Source: a virus (Duplodnaviria > Caudoviricetes). Taken from it: 51,868 nucleotides of DNA. The stretch spans positions 1 through 51,868 of the IMG/VR virus record IMGVR_UViG_3300044815_000174. One strand, written 5' to 3'. The notes under the pieces are model-generated. The model saw nothing but the letters and a program-made list of their open reading frames with translations, had not been told where the DNA came from and searched no databases. The stretch's first letter is position 1. The number at the start of each line of letters is the position of its first letter. Below are positions 1 to 8,926 of this stretch, in pieces. Both the position numbers and the translations under genes were made by a program.

Positions 1-127
1 GAAAGCGTTAAATCCGGCGCGAGATCCCAGATGGCCACTGGTGCGCGGAAGCCACGCCGCAAGAAAGCGGCAGCCGAACTCAAAGAAGCTCTGAACGAAT
101 TACCCCAACCTTTTGAGATGCAGGCTC
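1..127. repeat. Terminal direct repeat, copy 1 (circularisation overlap)
   Basis: Bases 1-127 are identical to 51742-51868, and a reading frame runs straight across the junction. Confidence 0.97.
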
Positions 128-444
128 TGGAAGATGAAACCGAGCGCGCCATCTTCGCTGATTTGCTGTTAACGGCGGGGATCAACGGGCAATCGCCGCC
201 TCTGGCTGAATGGGGAGTGAAGGTAAACGGCGAACCTATCAAACCTTCGCACGAGGTGTTGATGAGTATGCCGACAACAGCCGTGCGCGCTCTGTGGCTT
301 CATTGCCGGAGGACGGCAGACACCGTAAAAAAGCAGATGACCCGTCCGACAAGTCCCAGCCCGATGACGGGCGCGACTATCGGCGCTGGCTCGTCAACCA
401 GTACAAGCAAAAATACTTCAACGCCAGAAAGCCCGGCTTTGTAA
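1..444 (+). CDS. Tail assembly chaperone (gpG-like), 3' part; true start is ATG 51580 across the circular junction
   Basis: Lies between the tail tube and tape measure genes. In frame with MELSRLIRAP... from 51580. Contains the slippery site A-AAA-AAG at 327-333. Confidence 0.85.
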   Translation, partial: ESVKSGARSQMATGARKPRRKKAAAELKEALNELPQPFEMQALEDETERAIFADLLLTAGINGQSPPLAEWGVKVNGEPIKPSHEVLMSMPTTAVRALWLHCRRTADTVKKQMTRPTSPSPMTGATIGAGSSTSTSKNTSTPESPAL

Positions 445-617
445 GCAAGCACAAAATTGCGAAGGCGCTCGGGGTGTCCGTCCCATCCCTGAAAGGAACT
501 GCCACGCATTATCTGGACGAGGCGTACACGATCCAACGCGCGGAATTTGAAGCGCGCCGTGAGATCGCCATTGAACTGAAAATACTTCCTCATCAAGTCA
601 TCCTGCCGGAATTTTAA
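327..617 (+). CDS. -1 frameshift extension of the tail chaperone (gpGT-like)
   Basis: GTA AAA AAG at 325-333. The -1 frame (KKADDPSD...VILPEF) stays open to 617, ending just before the tape measure gene. Confidence 0.85.
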   Translation, partial: KKADDPSDKSQPDDGRDYRRWLVNQYKQKYFNARKPGFVSKHKIAKALGVSVPSLKGTATHYLDEAYTIQRAEFEARREIAIELKILPHQVILPEF

Positions 618-630
618 GAGGCTTTGAATT

Positions 631-3600
631 TTGGAATTAGGCACACTCATCCAGTATTTCAAAGCTGACCTGTCGGATTTCGATAAAGGTCTCAATCGCG
701 CTGACCAACGCATGGCCTCCACCAAAAGCAGCTTCTCCAAAGTCCTCGACGACATCACCGGCGACATCAGCAGCAAGTTCGGAGTTGGCGGCAAATATGT
801 CAACAACTTCGTCAATGATCTTTCATCCGGCTCTGAAAAAAGCGCACAGGCGGCACAGAAACTCCGCGCCGAACTCAAAGGGCTGGAAGAACAAGCTCTC
901 AGAGTCAGGAACCGTTTTGCGGATTTTAGCCAGGGGTTAAACCTCAGCTTTGGCGGCAAGATTGATACAGGCTTCCTGAAACAATTTCGTGAGGCCGAGA
1001 ATGAAAGCGCCAAACTCAGTCTCTTAACCCAGCGGTTCGGAAAAGACGCTGCGGCAGCTTTCGCTCCAGTGGAAAAAGCTGCGTTTCAATTCTCCAAGTT
1101 AGAACGCGATGGCGGTCGCGCGCTCGAAATGCTCGAAGGTAAGTCAGCTAAATTAACAAAAGAGCTGGCATCAGTTGAGCAGGAAGTCGCGGCTGCGGGT
1201 GAGGGATTCGCTGCCTTTGCCGGGCCTGTGGGCGTGGCACTCGCAGTGGTCGCGGGTCTGACTGCCGCAACGGTGGGTCTCGGAGTCGGATTATTTGAGC
1301 TTTCAAAAGATACGGCTTCTTTCGGGGCGGGACTTAGTGACCTTTCACAAAAAAGCGGCCTCAGCGTAGAACTTCTTTCAACCTTAAAAGTCGCGGCCGA
1401 GCTGTCAGGCTCAAGTATTGAAGGTGCAAACACCGCGCTGGTCCGTTACCTCAAAGCCGTCTCCGATGTTAATCACGGCAATACGGAGCTTGAGAAAAAA
1501 TTCAAGCAAGTCGGGTTCACAGCCGCTGACCTCAAAAAAGCCTATTCCAGTCCTGACGCTGCCATCCAGCTTCTCATCACGCACATCGGCGATCTTGCAA
1601 ATTCAGAAGACCGCTTGAATGCCCTGACAAAAATTGGCGTGCGCAATGGTGAAGACCTGAACGGCATCCTCGGTCAGATGGGGAACAACCTGGCTGAGTT
1701 TCAGGCGAAGGCTGCGGCCCTTAGCTTGGTGATCACTCCAGAGCAGGCCGCACAAGCCGATAAATTCGATGACTCATTGGTCTTATTGCAACTGCAATTC
1801 AAAGCTCTGACCTACACCGTGGGGCGTGAGTTCATGCCGGAATTTCAAACCGACATGAACCTTGTCAGTCAGACGATGACTGAATTGCGCGACCCTGTCA
1901 GGACAACAGCCGGCATTGCTCGCCTCGCCTTTGAAAGCATCACGGACAAGATCAAAGAGGCTGTAGCTGAAGTCACCGTTTTCTATAACCTGTTGAAGCA
2001 GGCACCAGGCTTCGGGGATGGGTTTGCGTTCCTTGGCGCAGCACTCACACCACCTCCAGCGATCCGCAATGTTGACATTATCGGTCCATTCGGAGGTAAA
2101 CCAGGCGGAAGCAAATTAGGCGATAAAGAAGATACGTCTAAAGAAACGGCAGCCCAGCGTGCGACTCGACAAGCGTTACAGATCGCGCAGGTTGACCTGC
2201 AACAGCACGAACGTATCTATCGGGAGAAGACTGAGGATGAGCAGCGCGCATACCAGGAATCCCAACGCGCATTAAAAGACTATTCGACAAACCGGCTCTC
2301 GGCATTAAAAGACCTCCATGAGGCGGAGAAAGCCGTTTTCGCTAAAGAGCGAAATGAAATTGCTTCGAGCAATCTCGAAGCAGGTGAGAAGAAGGTCCGG
2401 CTTCGCAACCTCAAAGAAGACGAAGCGGCAGCGGCGAGCAACTACGAGCGAACAGCAACCCAGATTCAGCACGAGGAAGATAAAGCGCGCGAGGAGATGG
2501 CGAAGGCACACGCCGCCTCGTTACTTCAAATCGACGCCACTTTTTATGCTGCCCAGGAAGCACAGGATAGAAGCGCTGCCGAGCACAGAATACTGAGCTT
2601 TGCCGATGTTGAAAAACGACATTTTGATAATCAGATTAAATTGCTAGGTGAACAGGCTGAGGCTCTTGAGAAAGAGCGCGACAGGGCCGCAGTCGGCTCA
2701 CCTGGTCGTGCCAAAGCAGAAGACGCTCTCGCGCAAATCAACGAGCAGGAGAAAGCATTACAAGCGGGGCTGGGTGCAGCTCTAGCTAAGGCCCGCGCTG
2801 ACGACCTCGCCGAAACTCAGAGCTACGCCAACCGGTTGCGCGGCATATACGATCAAATCACCTCCAGCATTAACGAGCGAACGGCGATTGAAATTGGCGC
2901 GCTCGATGGTGACACTTTCAGGCGCAAGGAACAGATAGAGAAACAACGCAAGCTGGACCGTGATCTGGAGAATGAACGCTTCGGCGAGGCACTGCGCGGA
3001 CTGCGGCAGCGCGAAAAAGTTCTTGATGATGAGATCGCTGCGATCAAAGACTTCATGGTTGCGCGCGCGGAAGAATACAAAAAGGGAAACATCAGTCTCG
3101 CAGCCCTGAATAAAGAAACCGAAGGCGCGCAAAGAACTATTGATAAACGCTTGGCCGAAAAGAGGGCTCTTGATGCGGAGATTATCGAGCAGGAAAGGAC
3201 AACACAGGCCAGGCTCAACGACATTGACCGCAGAGCAGCAGAACAGCGTGCGGAACAGGCGCGCCAGATTGCTCAAGAGCTATCCAACACGTTAGCCGAT
3301 GCGATTGACGCAGGGATCGAGAAGGGTGCGGGAGCCGGGTTTAAGAGCCTGGCGCAAAGCGCGCTCGATACTATCCGCCAGATCGAACGGGAGTTGCTGA
3401 ACTCAGTAATCGCGGACATCTTCACAGGCAAAAAGCAAGGCAGTAATGCTGGCGGCATTGTCGGCGCGGCAACGAATAAATTGCTTGACCTGTTGGGTCT
3501 GGGGACGAAAAAGGGCGCGAAAGACGACCCCAATGCTGTTGCGACCGAACAGAACACAAATGCCACCGACGAGAATACTCAAGCCCTCAAAGCATTGACC

Positions 3601-4209
3601 GACAGAATCAGTTCATCCGCCTTTTCGGACCAGGAAAGCCCAAGCGACATTTCCACTGCGGTAAATAACGGTACGGCTCGCGTTGTCAGCGGTATCCGTT
3701 CACTGCAAAGCGTGATGGAAATGCTGATTCCGCATCAGCAGGGATTTTGGGGTGGGCTACTTAATGCCGTCGTTGGCGGAGCTATCGGTGGCGCAGTCGG
3801 GAGTATCGGCGCGGGTGGTGGTAGCGGAGGAACTCCGGCAACAGGTTCGTTTGCTTACGAGCCAGATGCCAATTTCGGCAACATCCCGTTTCTCGGAGCT
3901 TTCGGTGCGCGAACACCAGGTCACGCCAATGGCGGCGGTTTTGGTCCTAACGAAGAATTCTGGGTTGGCGAACAGGGTCCAGAAAAGGTGCGCACCGGCG
4001 ACGCGAGCGGAGTAGTCTTCAGCCATCCCAAGTCAAAGCAGGAATCTGAAGGGCAGAGCGTTAATTTCCATCCCAACTCAATCAACGTTCACGTCAACTT
4101 ACCCTCTGGCTATAACCCGAACGCTTTCCCGCAAAGAAATAGAAGGATGATTGCTGAGGCTGCTGCTGAAGGCCTCACGGATGCTTTGGAGCATAAGTAT
4201 GGCCGTTGA
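631..4209 (+). CDS. Tape measure protein
   Basis: 1192 aa, Ala-rich and coiled-coil, with a hydrophobic segment and a C-terminal GGGFGPNEEFWVGEQGPE motif. Canonical position; TTG start with a GAGG ribosome-binding site. Confidence 0.93.
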   Translation: MELGTLIQYFKADLSDFDKGLNRADQRMASTKSSFSKVLDDITGDISSKFGVGGKYVNNFVNDLSSGSEKSAQAAQKLRAELKGLEEQALRVRNRFADFSQGLNLSFGGKIDTGFLKQFREAENESAKLSLLTQRFGKDAAAAFAPVEKAAFQFSKLERDGGRALEMLEGKSAKLTKELASVEQEVAAAGEGFAAFAGPVGVALAVVAGLTAATVGLGVGLFELSKDTASFGAGLSDLSQKSGLSVELLSTLKVAAELSGSSIEGANTALVRYLKAVSDVNHGNTELEKKFKQVGFTAADLKKAYSSPDAAIQLLITHIGDLANSEDRLNALTKIGVRNGEDLNGILGQMGNNLAEFQAKAAALSLVITPEQAAQADKFDDSLVLLQLQFKALTYTVGREFMPEFQTDMNLVSQTMTELRDPVRTTAGIARLAFESITDKIKEAVAEVTVFYNLLKQAPGFGDGFAFLGAALTPPPAIRNVDIIGPFGGKPGGSKLGDKEDTSKETAAQRATRQALQIAQVDLQQHERIYREKTEDEQRAYQESQRALKDYSTNRLSALKDLHEAEKAVFAKERNEIASSNLEAGEKKVRLRNLKEDEAAAASNYERTATQIQHEEDKAREEMAKAHAASLLQIDATFYAAQEAQDRSAAEHRILSFADVEKRHFDNQIKLLGEQAEALEKERDRAAVGSPGRAKAEDALAQINEQEKALQAGLGAALAKARADDLAETQSYANRLRGIYDQITSSINERTAIEIGALDGDTFRRKEQIEKQRKLDRDLENERFGEALRGLRQREKVLDDEIAAIKDFMVARAEEYKKGNISLAALNKETEGAQRTIDKRLAEKRALDAEIIEQERTTQARLNDIDRRAAEQRAEQARQIAQELSNTLADAIDAGIEKGAGAGFKSLAQSALDTIRQIERELLNSVIADIFTGKKQGSNAGGIVGAATNKLLDLLGLGTKKGAKDDPNAVATEQNTNATDENTQALKALTDRISSSAFSDQESPSDISTAVNNGTARVVSGIRSLQSVMEMLIPHQQGFWGGLLNAVVGGAIGGAVGSIGAGGGSGGTPATGSFAYEPDANFGNIPFLGAFGARTPGHANGGGFGPNEEFWVGEQGPEKVRTGDASGVVFSHPKSKQESEGQSVNFHPNSINVHVNLPSGYNPNAFPQRNRRMIAEAAAEGLTDALEHKYGR

Positions 4210-4888
4210 ATTTCATGAAATGTTGTTGAATGTGGAATATGCTCCCGGTTCGCAGGGTGGACCATCTTTCGCCAATGGTTTGCTTGGTGCTCCATCACGC
4301 GTGATTCAGGTGTCATCGAACAGCCTTAAAGATTTGTGGAAGGGCGGGATTGATTTCTCTTTGTTGAGGGACGATCAACTTGAGCGCCTGTACAGCTTCT
4401 TTCTCTGTCGCGGGGGCAATCGCTGCGGGTTTCGCCTCCTGCCTCCCAAATTCAACCAAGCTAAAAATAGCCTGCTGGCCGCCACGCTCGTAGATGTTGC
4501 CTCGCTGAAACTTTATGCAGAGTGGACGGACGGCTTCTACACCTATCGCAAGCGCATCGTGAAACCTGCCTGGGGAGCATCTGTCTTAACTCTCAACGGT
4601 GAATATGTAGGTCACAACAACGAGGCCGGAGTGTATCAGCGACCGGTCTTCGGTGGGGTGTCTTGGGGCGAAATCGAACCGGCGCTGGTCGTCAACCTCG
4701 ATTACACGGCGGGAATCATCACGCCTGTGGGCGGGACACTTCCGGCGGGCGAGTGGCGTTGGAGCGGAGAGATTCACCTGCCAGTAATCTTCACCAGCGG
4801 AGACTTCGAAGGCCGTTATGACGTCAGTTCTCAATGGGGCAACATCGGCATTCAGGAGCTGCTGCCGAAGAGTCTGGGTTTGAGCTAG
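4199..4888 (+). CDS. Distal tail protein (DUF2460/TIGR02217-like)
   Basis: MAVEFHE...GSQGGPSF...FFLCRGG...GFR motifs. ATG 4199 overlaps the end of the tape measure gene. Confidence 0.8.
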   Translation: MAVEFHEMLLNVEYAPGSQGGPSFANGLLGAPSRVIQVSSNSLKDLWKGGIDFSLLRDDQLERLYSFFLCRGGNRCGFRLLPPKFNQAKNSLLAATLVDVASLKLYAEWTDGFYTYRKRIVKPAWGASVLTLNGEYVGHNNEAGVYQRPVFGGVSWGEIEPALVVNLDYTAGIITPVGGTLPAGEWRWSGEIHLPVIFTSGDFEGRYDVSSQWGNIGIQELLPKSLGLS

Positions 4889-4891
4889 AGC

Positions 4892-5764
4892 ATGTCACTC
4901 ACGCCACAAATGATCGAGCACCTCGCGGGCAACCTGACGCTCTCGACGCTCTGGCGTATCACGCAGCGACGACCTGACGGAACGGCTGGCGAGATCATCC
5001 GCGTCTGCAATTACGACGAAGACATCGAGTTCCCTGTTGACTCCGGCGAGATTTACATCGCGCTGCCGCTGACACCTGCCGAGGTGCAGCGCAAAGTAGG
5101 TCTCTCTCCTAACAACGCGGAGATGCCAACACCTCTGGTTGACCCGTTCACGACGGCGAAGCTTTTGCGCGGGCAGTGGCGCGAAGCACGCGTCGAGAAG
5201 ATTGTTGTCAACTTCATGGATTTAAGCATGGGCATTGCCGAACGGGATGTCGGCTATCTCGGTGCCGTGACGATCAGGAACATGATCGCCATCCCTGAAC
5301 TGAAAAGCCTCGCGCAACTCCTCAGTCAAACAATTGGAGAGAAGACGAGCGAAAGATGCCGCTGGAAACGCGTGTACGGGCCGGGATGCAATGCACCCAA
5401 AGCGCCTTACACCTTCACTGGCACAGTGACAAGTGTGGCGGACCGGCAGCACTTCACGATCAGCGTGGGCGATAAGCCCAGCCCTTACTTCGTGCGTGGA
5501 GTTATCAAGTTCACCTCCGGCGCGAATGAAGGTCTGGAGGAAGAGGTGGTCGAGCACACCGCGGGCGCGCTGACACTCTTTCTGCCGATGCTCGATACGG
5601 TCGCTATTGGCGACGAGATCGAAATCGAAAAGGGCTGCGACCGGCGCTGGCAGACCTGCATCGGTTTTGAAAACCCTGACAACCCCTCCGGTACCAACCT
5701 CGAGAACATCAACTGCGAACCATTCCTGCCGGGAAAGGACAAGGTTTACACCTACCCGAAATAA
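4892..5764 (+). CDS. Baseplate hub protein (DUF2163/BR0599-like)
   Basis: LWRIT, CRW...GC, GVIKFTSGANEG and GCDRRWQTC motifs of the GTA-like hub with Fe-S type cysteines. Confidence 0.88.
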   Translation: MSLTPQMIEHLAGNLTLSTLWRITQRRPDGTAGEIIRVCNYDEDIEFPVDSGEIYIALPLTPAEVQRKVGLSPNNAEMPTPLVDPFTTAKLLRGQWREARVEKIVVNFMDLSMGIAERDVGYLGAVTIRNMIAIPELKSLAQLLSQTIGEKTSERCRWKRVYGPGCNAPKAPYTFTGTVTSVADRQHFTISVGDKPSPYFVRGVIKFTSGANEGLEEEVVEHTAGALTLFLPMLDTVAIGDEIEIEKGCDRRWQTCIGFENPDNPSGTNLENINCEPFLPGKDKVYTYPK

Positions 5765-6198
5765 TGCCTGAAATCACACGAGAACAAATTGTTGAAGCCG
5801 CGCGCTCTTACATCGGCGTGCCTTACGTGGCAGGCGGGCAGTCGCGCGAAACCGGACTCAACTGCGCCGGGTTGATCGTCTGCGTCGCGCACGATCTTGG
5901 TCTCACAGATGTCGAGTTTCCGGGCAAGTCGAATTTCACTAAAGAAGATCCTTTGGATGAACTCTTCGGCGCGCACCTGGACAAACTTGATGACTGGAAA
6001 GAGGCGCAGGCTGGCGATGTCCTGAGCGTAGCCTACGAGAGCGATCCGCATCATTGCGGTTTCGTCTCAAAGGTCAATCAGTTCGGCGTGTATTTCATTC
6101 ACGCCACGCGAAATCACGGAATCATCGAGCATCGCCTGTATGGAAAATTGCTGCGCTCAATCGCCGCAGGTTACCGGGTGCGCGGGTTGAAAGACTGA
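5764..6198 (+). CDS. NlpC/P60 tail-associated peptidase
   Basis: IVEAARSYIGVPY...GLNCAGL...HHCGF...FIHA, with the catalytic Cys and His. Confidence 0.92.
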   Translation: MPEITREQIVEAARSYIGVPYVAGGQSRETGLNCAGLIVCVAHDLGLTDVEFPGKSNFTKEDPLDELFGAHLDKLDDWKEAQAGDVLSVAYESDPHHCGFVSKVNQFGVYFIHATRNHGIIEHRLYGKLLRSIAAGYRVRGLKD

Positions 6199-8909
6199 TG
6201 AAACGCTGGCTCCGAATTTTAGTCTTTTATCTTTTCTTCGCCGCGGCGTTGGGGCTGGATCATGCCCTCGGTAACGACCGTCGAGTGCTGGCGATGGCTG
6301 ACCCCATCTCCGGTACCATCCTGCTAACAATCGCCGTCAGCGCAGCTTTAGCTGGCGGTCAATACATCCTCACGCGCGCTCTCGCCGGGCGGCCAAAACC
6401 TATCCAGCGCGGCAAGCTCGATGGCGGGCTGCAACTGCAAGACTCTGATTACGACCTCTTCATCAACGAAATCTACGGCGGCGACCCCGGCGATGGATTG
6501 GGCGGAGGCATCAAGGCGGCAGGCATCATTATTGACGCTTCTCCGATCCGTCCGGTTGTCACTACTACACATGAGTCAACAGGCGGCGGCAAAGGCGGGG
6601 GAGGTGGCGGCGGAGGAGGCGGTACTGTCGAGACTACTTCGTACTACATGGACCTTGATGTCATGGTCGGGCGCGGAGTTCTCAACTATAAGAAAATCTG
6701 GTTCGTCACCGGAACCGGCATGAAGCTCGTCTATGACATGACGACAAACTTTGTTGAGACAGGGGTGATTGACCCTGACTTCCCGCCGGAAGACGAGCAG
6801 CATTATTACCTGTTGCCTGATCCCCTGCTCGAAGACCCGAACCCGAAACTGCGCTACGGCCACGTTCCGGTGCCTGATGAGCATGGCACGATAGACGCTG
6901 AAATCGTCGGCTCCGGCTACGGCGGCATTCGCATCTATGAAGGCAATGACACGCAGCTTCCCGATCCTCTGTTTGAAGGTATCAACAATGCCAAATACGG
7001 CGCGCCCGCCGGAGCGGTCGCCTATCGCCATCGCTCGCACGTCGTCTTCGAGAACGTTGATGTCAGCAACGGCGTCCCGAACATTCTCTTTCTCGCAGAG
7101 AACAAGGAACTCAAAACGCTTGATCTGATTCTCGCTGATCGTGCCGAGCGCGTCGGCGTGCTGCCTGAAGATCTCAACTTCGCGGAACTCGACGTTAATG
7201 TGCGTGGCTGGATCGTGACGCAGGAGCAGGCCCCACGCTCGGACATGGAAGAGTTGTCTGAGATTTTCGATGTCAACTTCTTCGAGGATATTGATGGGAC
7301 GATCACGGGCGAAGAGCAGGATTACACAGTCGTTGCCACAATTGACGAAGATGACATCGGTGCTCGCGCGCAGGGTGATGAGGATAACGGAGGTGCGCCC
7401 CCTGATTTAGTCAATATTCGTCAGGGCGAGCAGACCGCCTTACCTACTCAGCACATTTTCGGGTTTTACGATCCGGTTAAAAACTACGACCCGAACAGCG
7501 CCACAGGTTACCGGCAGGTCACTAATTCCGAGAAGCGCGAGACGGTTCGACATTCCGTGGTGATGACCGTCGCCGAAGGGCAGATAGCAGCCAACCGCGA
7601 CATCGCGAAGGCATGGTCTGAAGCTGACGCTTTCACCTTCGATCTCTTTCCCAAATACGCTTACCTGCGACCCGGCCAGCGCGTCCTGGTTCCCAAAGAC
7701 GGCGAGCAGTACCTCGTCAAACTTACAGAAACATCCGGCTCGCTGCCAGGCCCGAGGCATTTCGCCGGAGTCTCACAGAAAGCCGTGCAGGTCAGCGCCG
7801 CAGCAACAATCGGAGCCGCAGCAACACCAAAGCCCGCCAACGTGCCGGCCAATACCGTCGCCACCTTCATTGATAACCCCCGCCTGCTGAGCCAGCAGAA
7901 TGCGCCCGGTTTTCTCGTCGCCGGGACACCCAAAGATGTGAACTCGGGCGAGTGGAAAACCGCGACTGTCTGGGTTGATAAAGGCGACGGCTTTAAGCGC
8001 CTCGCGGTGCTCGATGCGCCCGCCACGATGGGCCGCGCCGTCGGCGCGCTTCCTGATGTGCCCATTGGATTGAAAGGTGAATGGGATGATGTTTCAGAGG
8101 GCACGCTTGATCTCTTCTATGGCGAACTCGCCTCCGGGACTGACGACAATCCGATCCCAATGTACTGGGGCGATGAGGTTATCGAATACGTCAATGCTGT
8201 CAAAGACAACTCCGGCGATTATCCGAACCGCTGGACAATCTCGCGTCTGCATCGTCGGCTGAAAGGCACGGACGCGGCGAGTGCCACGCATCAAGATATG
8301 GAGCGGGCGGTGCTTCTCGACGACGCCGTGAAATTCATCAAAGTCGATCAATCTGAGCGGGACGTAGAGCGCACCTACAAAGTGACAACCAACGGCCTCT
8401 TCGTGGCGCAGGCTGTGGCCGACGCCGCGCCGATCATCTTCACATGGACGGGACAGACCTTGCCGTCGTTCACAGTGGCAGGGCCAAACCTTCATGTGCC
8501 GACTATCGGTGCAGCGCCCACGATCACCAAAGACGATGCGAGCGCAAACTGGATCGTCAACGCGCCCAAGCCGTCTTATTTCGGACTGCCCATCACCGGC
8601 CATGAAATAAGGCTCTATTCGGACTCGGCCTGCACAACGCTTGTGCGGACAATCGTCGGCAATCTCGAAGGGCGCACCTATGTGCCTCAAACCTCGGCTG
8701 ACGGTTACTTCAAATATCGCTGGCGTAATGATTCGCTCGAGGACCTTGGTGACGGAGCGGGCTGGAGCGTCTTCAGCGCAGCTTCCACTGTCGCCTATGG
8801 CACGAGCGCTCTTGCGCCTAACACGCTCGATTCAGGGCTGAGTGGCTACGACCCTGACCCTTACGATTCGGGCAATCCACACAAACGCATTTACACGGAC
8901 GTGTACTAA
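6198..8909 (+). CDS. Tail tip / host-specificity protein (GTA megatron / gpJ-like)
   Basis: IRIYEGNDTQLPDPL, AYRHRSHVVFEN and RLHRRLKGTD motifs. ATG overlaps the NlpC stop (TGATG). Confidence 0.85.
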   Translation: MKRWLRILVFYLFFAAALGLDHALGNDRRVLAMADPISGTILLTIAVSAALAGGQYILTRALAGRPKPIQRGKLDGGLQLQDSDYDLFINEIYGGDPGDGLGGGIKAAGIIIDASPIRPVVTTTHESTGGGKGGGGGGGGGGTVETTSYYMDLDVMVGRGVLNYKKIWFVTGTGMKLVYDMTTNFVETGVIDPDFPPEDEQHYYLLPDPLLEDPNPKLRYGHVPVPDEHGTIDAEIVGSGYGGIRIYEGNDTQLPDPLFEGINNAKYGAPAGAVAYRHRSHVVFENVDVSNGVPNILFLAENKELKTLDLILADRAERVGVLPEDLNFAELDVNVRGWIVTQEQAPRSDMEELSEIFDVNFFEDIDGTITGEEQDYTVVATIDEDDIGARAQGDEDNGGAPPDLVNIRQGEQTALPTQHIFGFYDPVKNYDPNSATGYRQVTNSEKRETVRHSVVMTVAEGQIAANRDIAKAWSEADAFTFDLFPKYAYLRPGQRVLVPKDGEQYLVKLTETSGSLPGPRHFAGVSQKAVQVSAAATIGAAATPKPANVPANTVATFIDNPRLLSQQNAPGFLVAGTPKDVNSGEWKTATVWVDKGDGFKRLAVLDAPATMGRAVGALPDVPIGLKGEWDDVSEGTLDLFYGELASGTDDNPIPMYWGDEVIEYVNAVKDNSGDYPNRWTISRLHRRLKGTDAASATHQDMERAVLLDDAVKFIKVDQSERDVERTYKVTTNGLFVAQAVADAAPIIFTWTGQTLPSFTVAGPNLHVPTIGAAPTITKDDASANWIVNAPKPSYFGLPITGHEIRLYSDSACTTLVRTIVGNLEGRTYVPQTSADGYFKYRWRNDSLEDLGDGAGWSVFSAASTVAYGTSALAPNTLDSGLSGYDPDPYDSGNPHKRIYTDVY

Positions 8910-8926
8910 CCAATGAGGTGTATGAA

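Noticed and set aside
6581-6623. GGC-rich run as a regulatory repeat
   Set aside because: It encodes the ordinary GGKGGG glycine linker of tail-tip proteins.
4199-8909. Gene transfer agent
   Set aside because: The tail module is GTA-like, but the element has its own replication, immunity and lysis genes.
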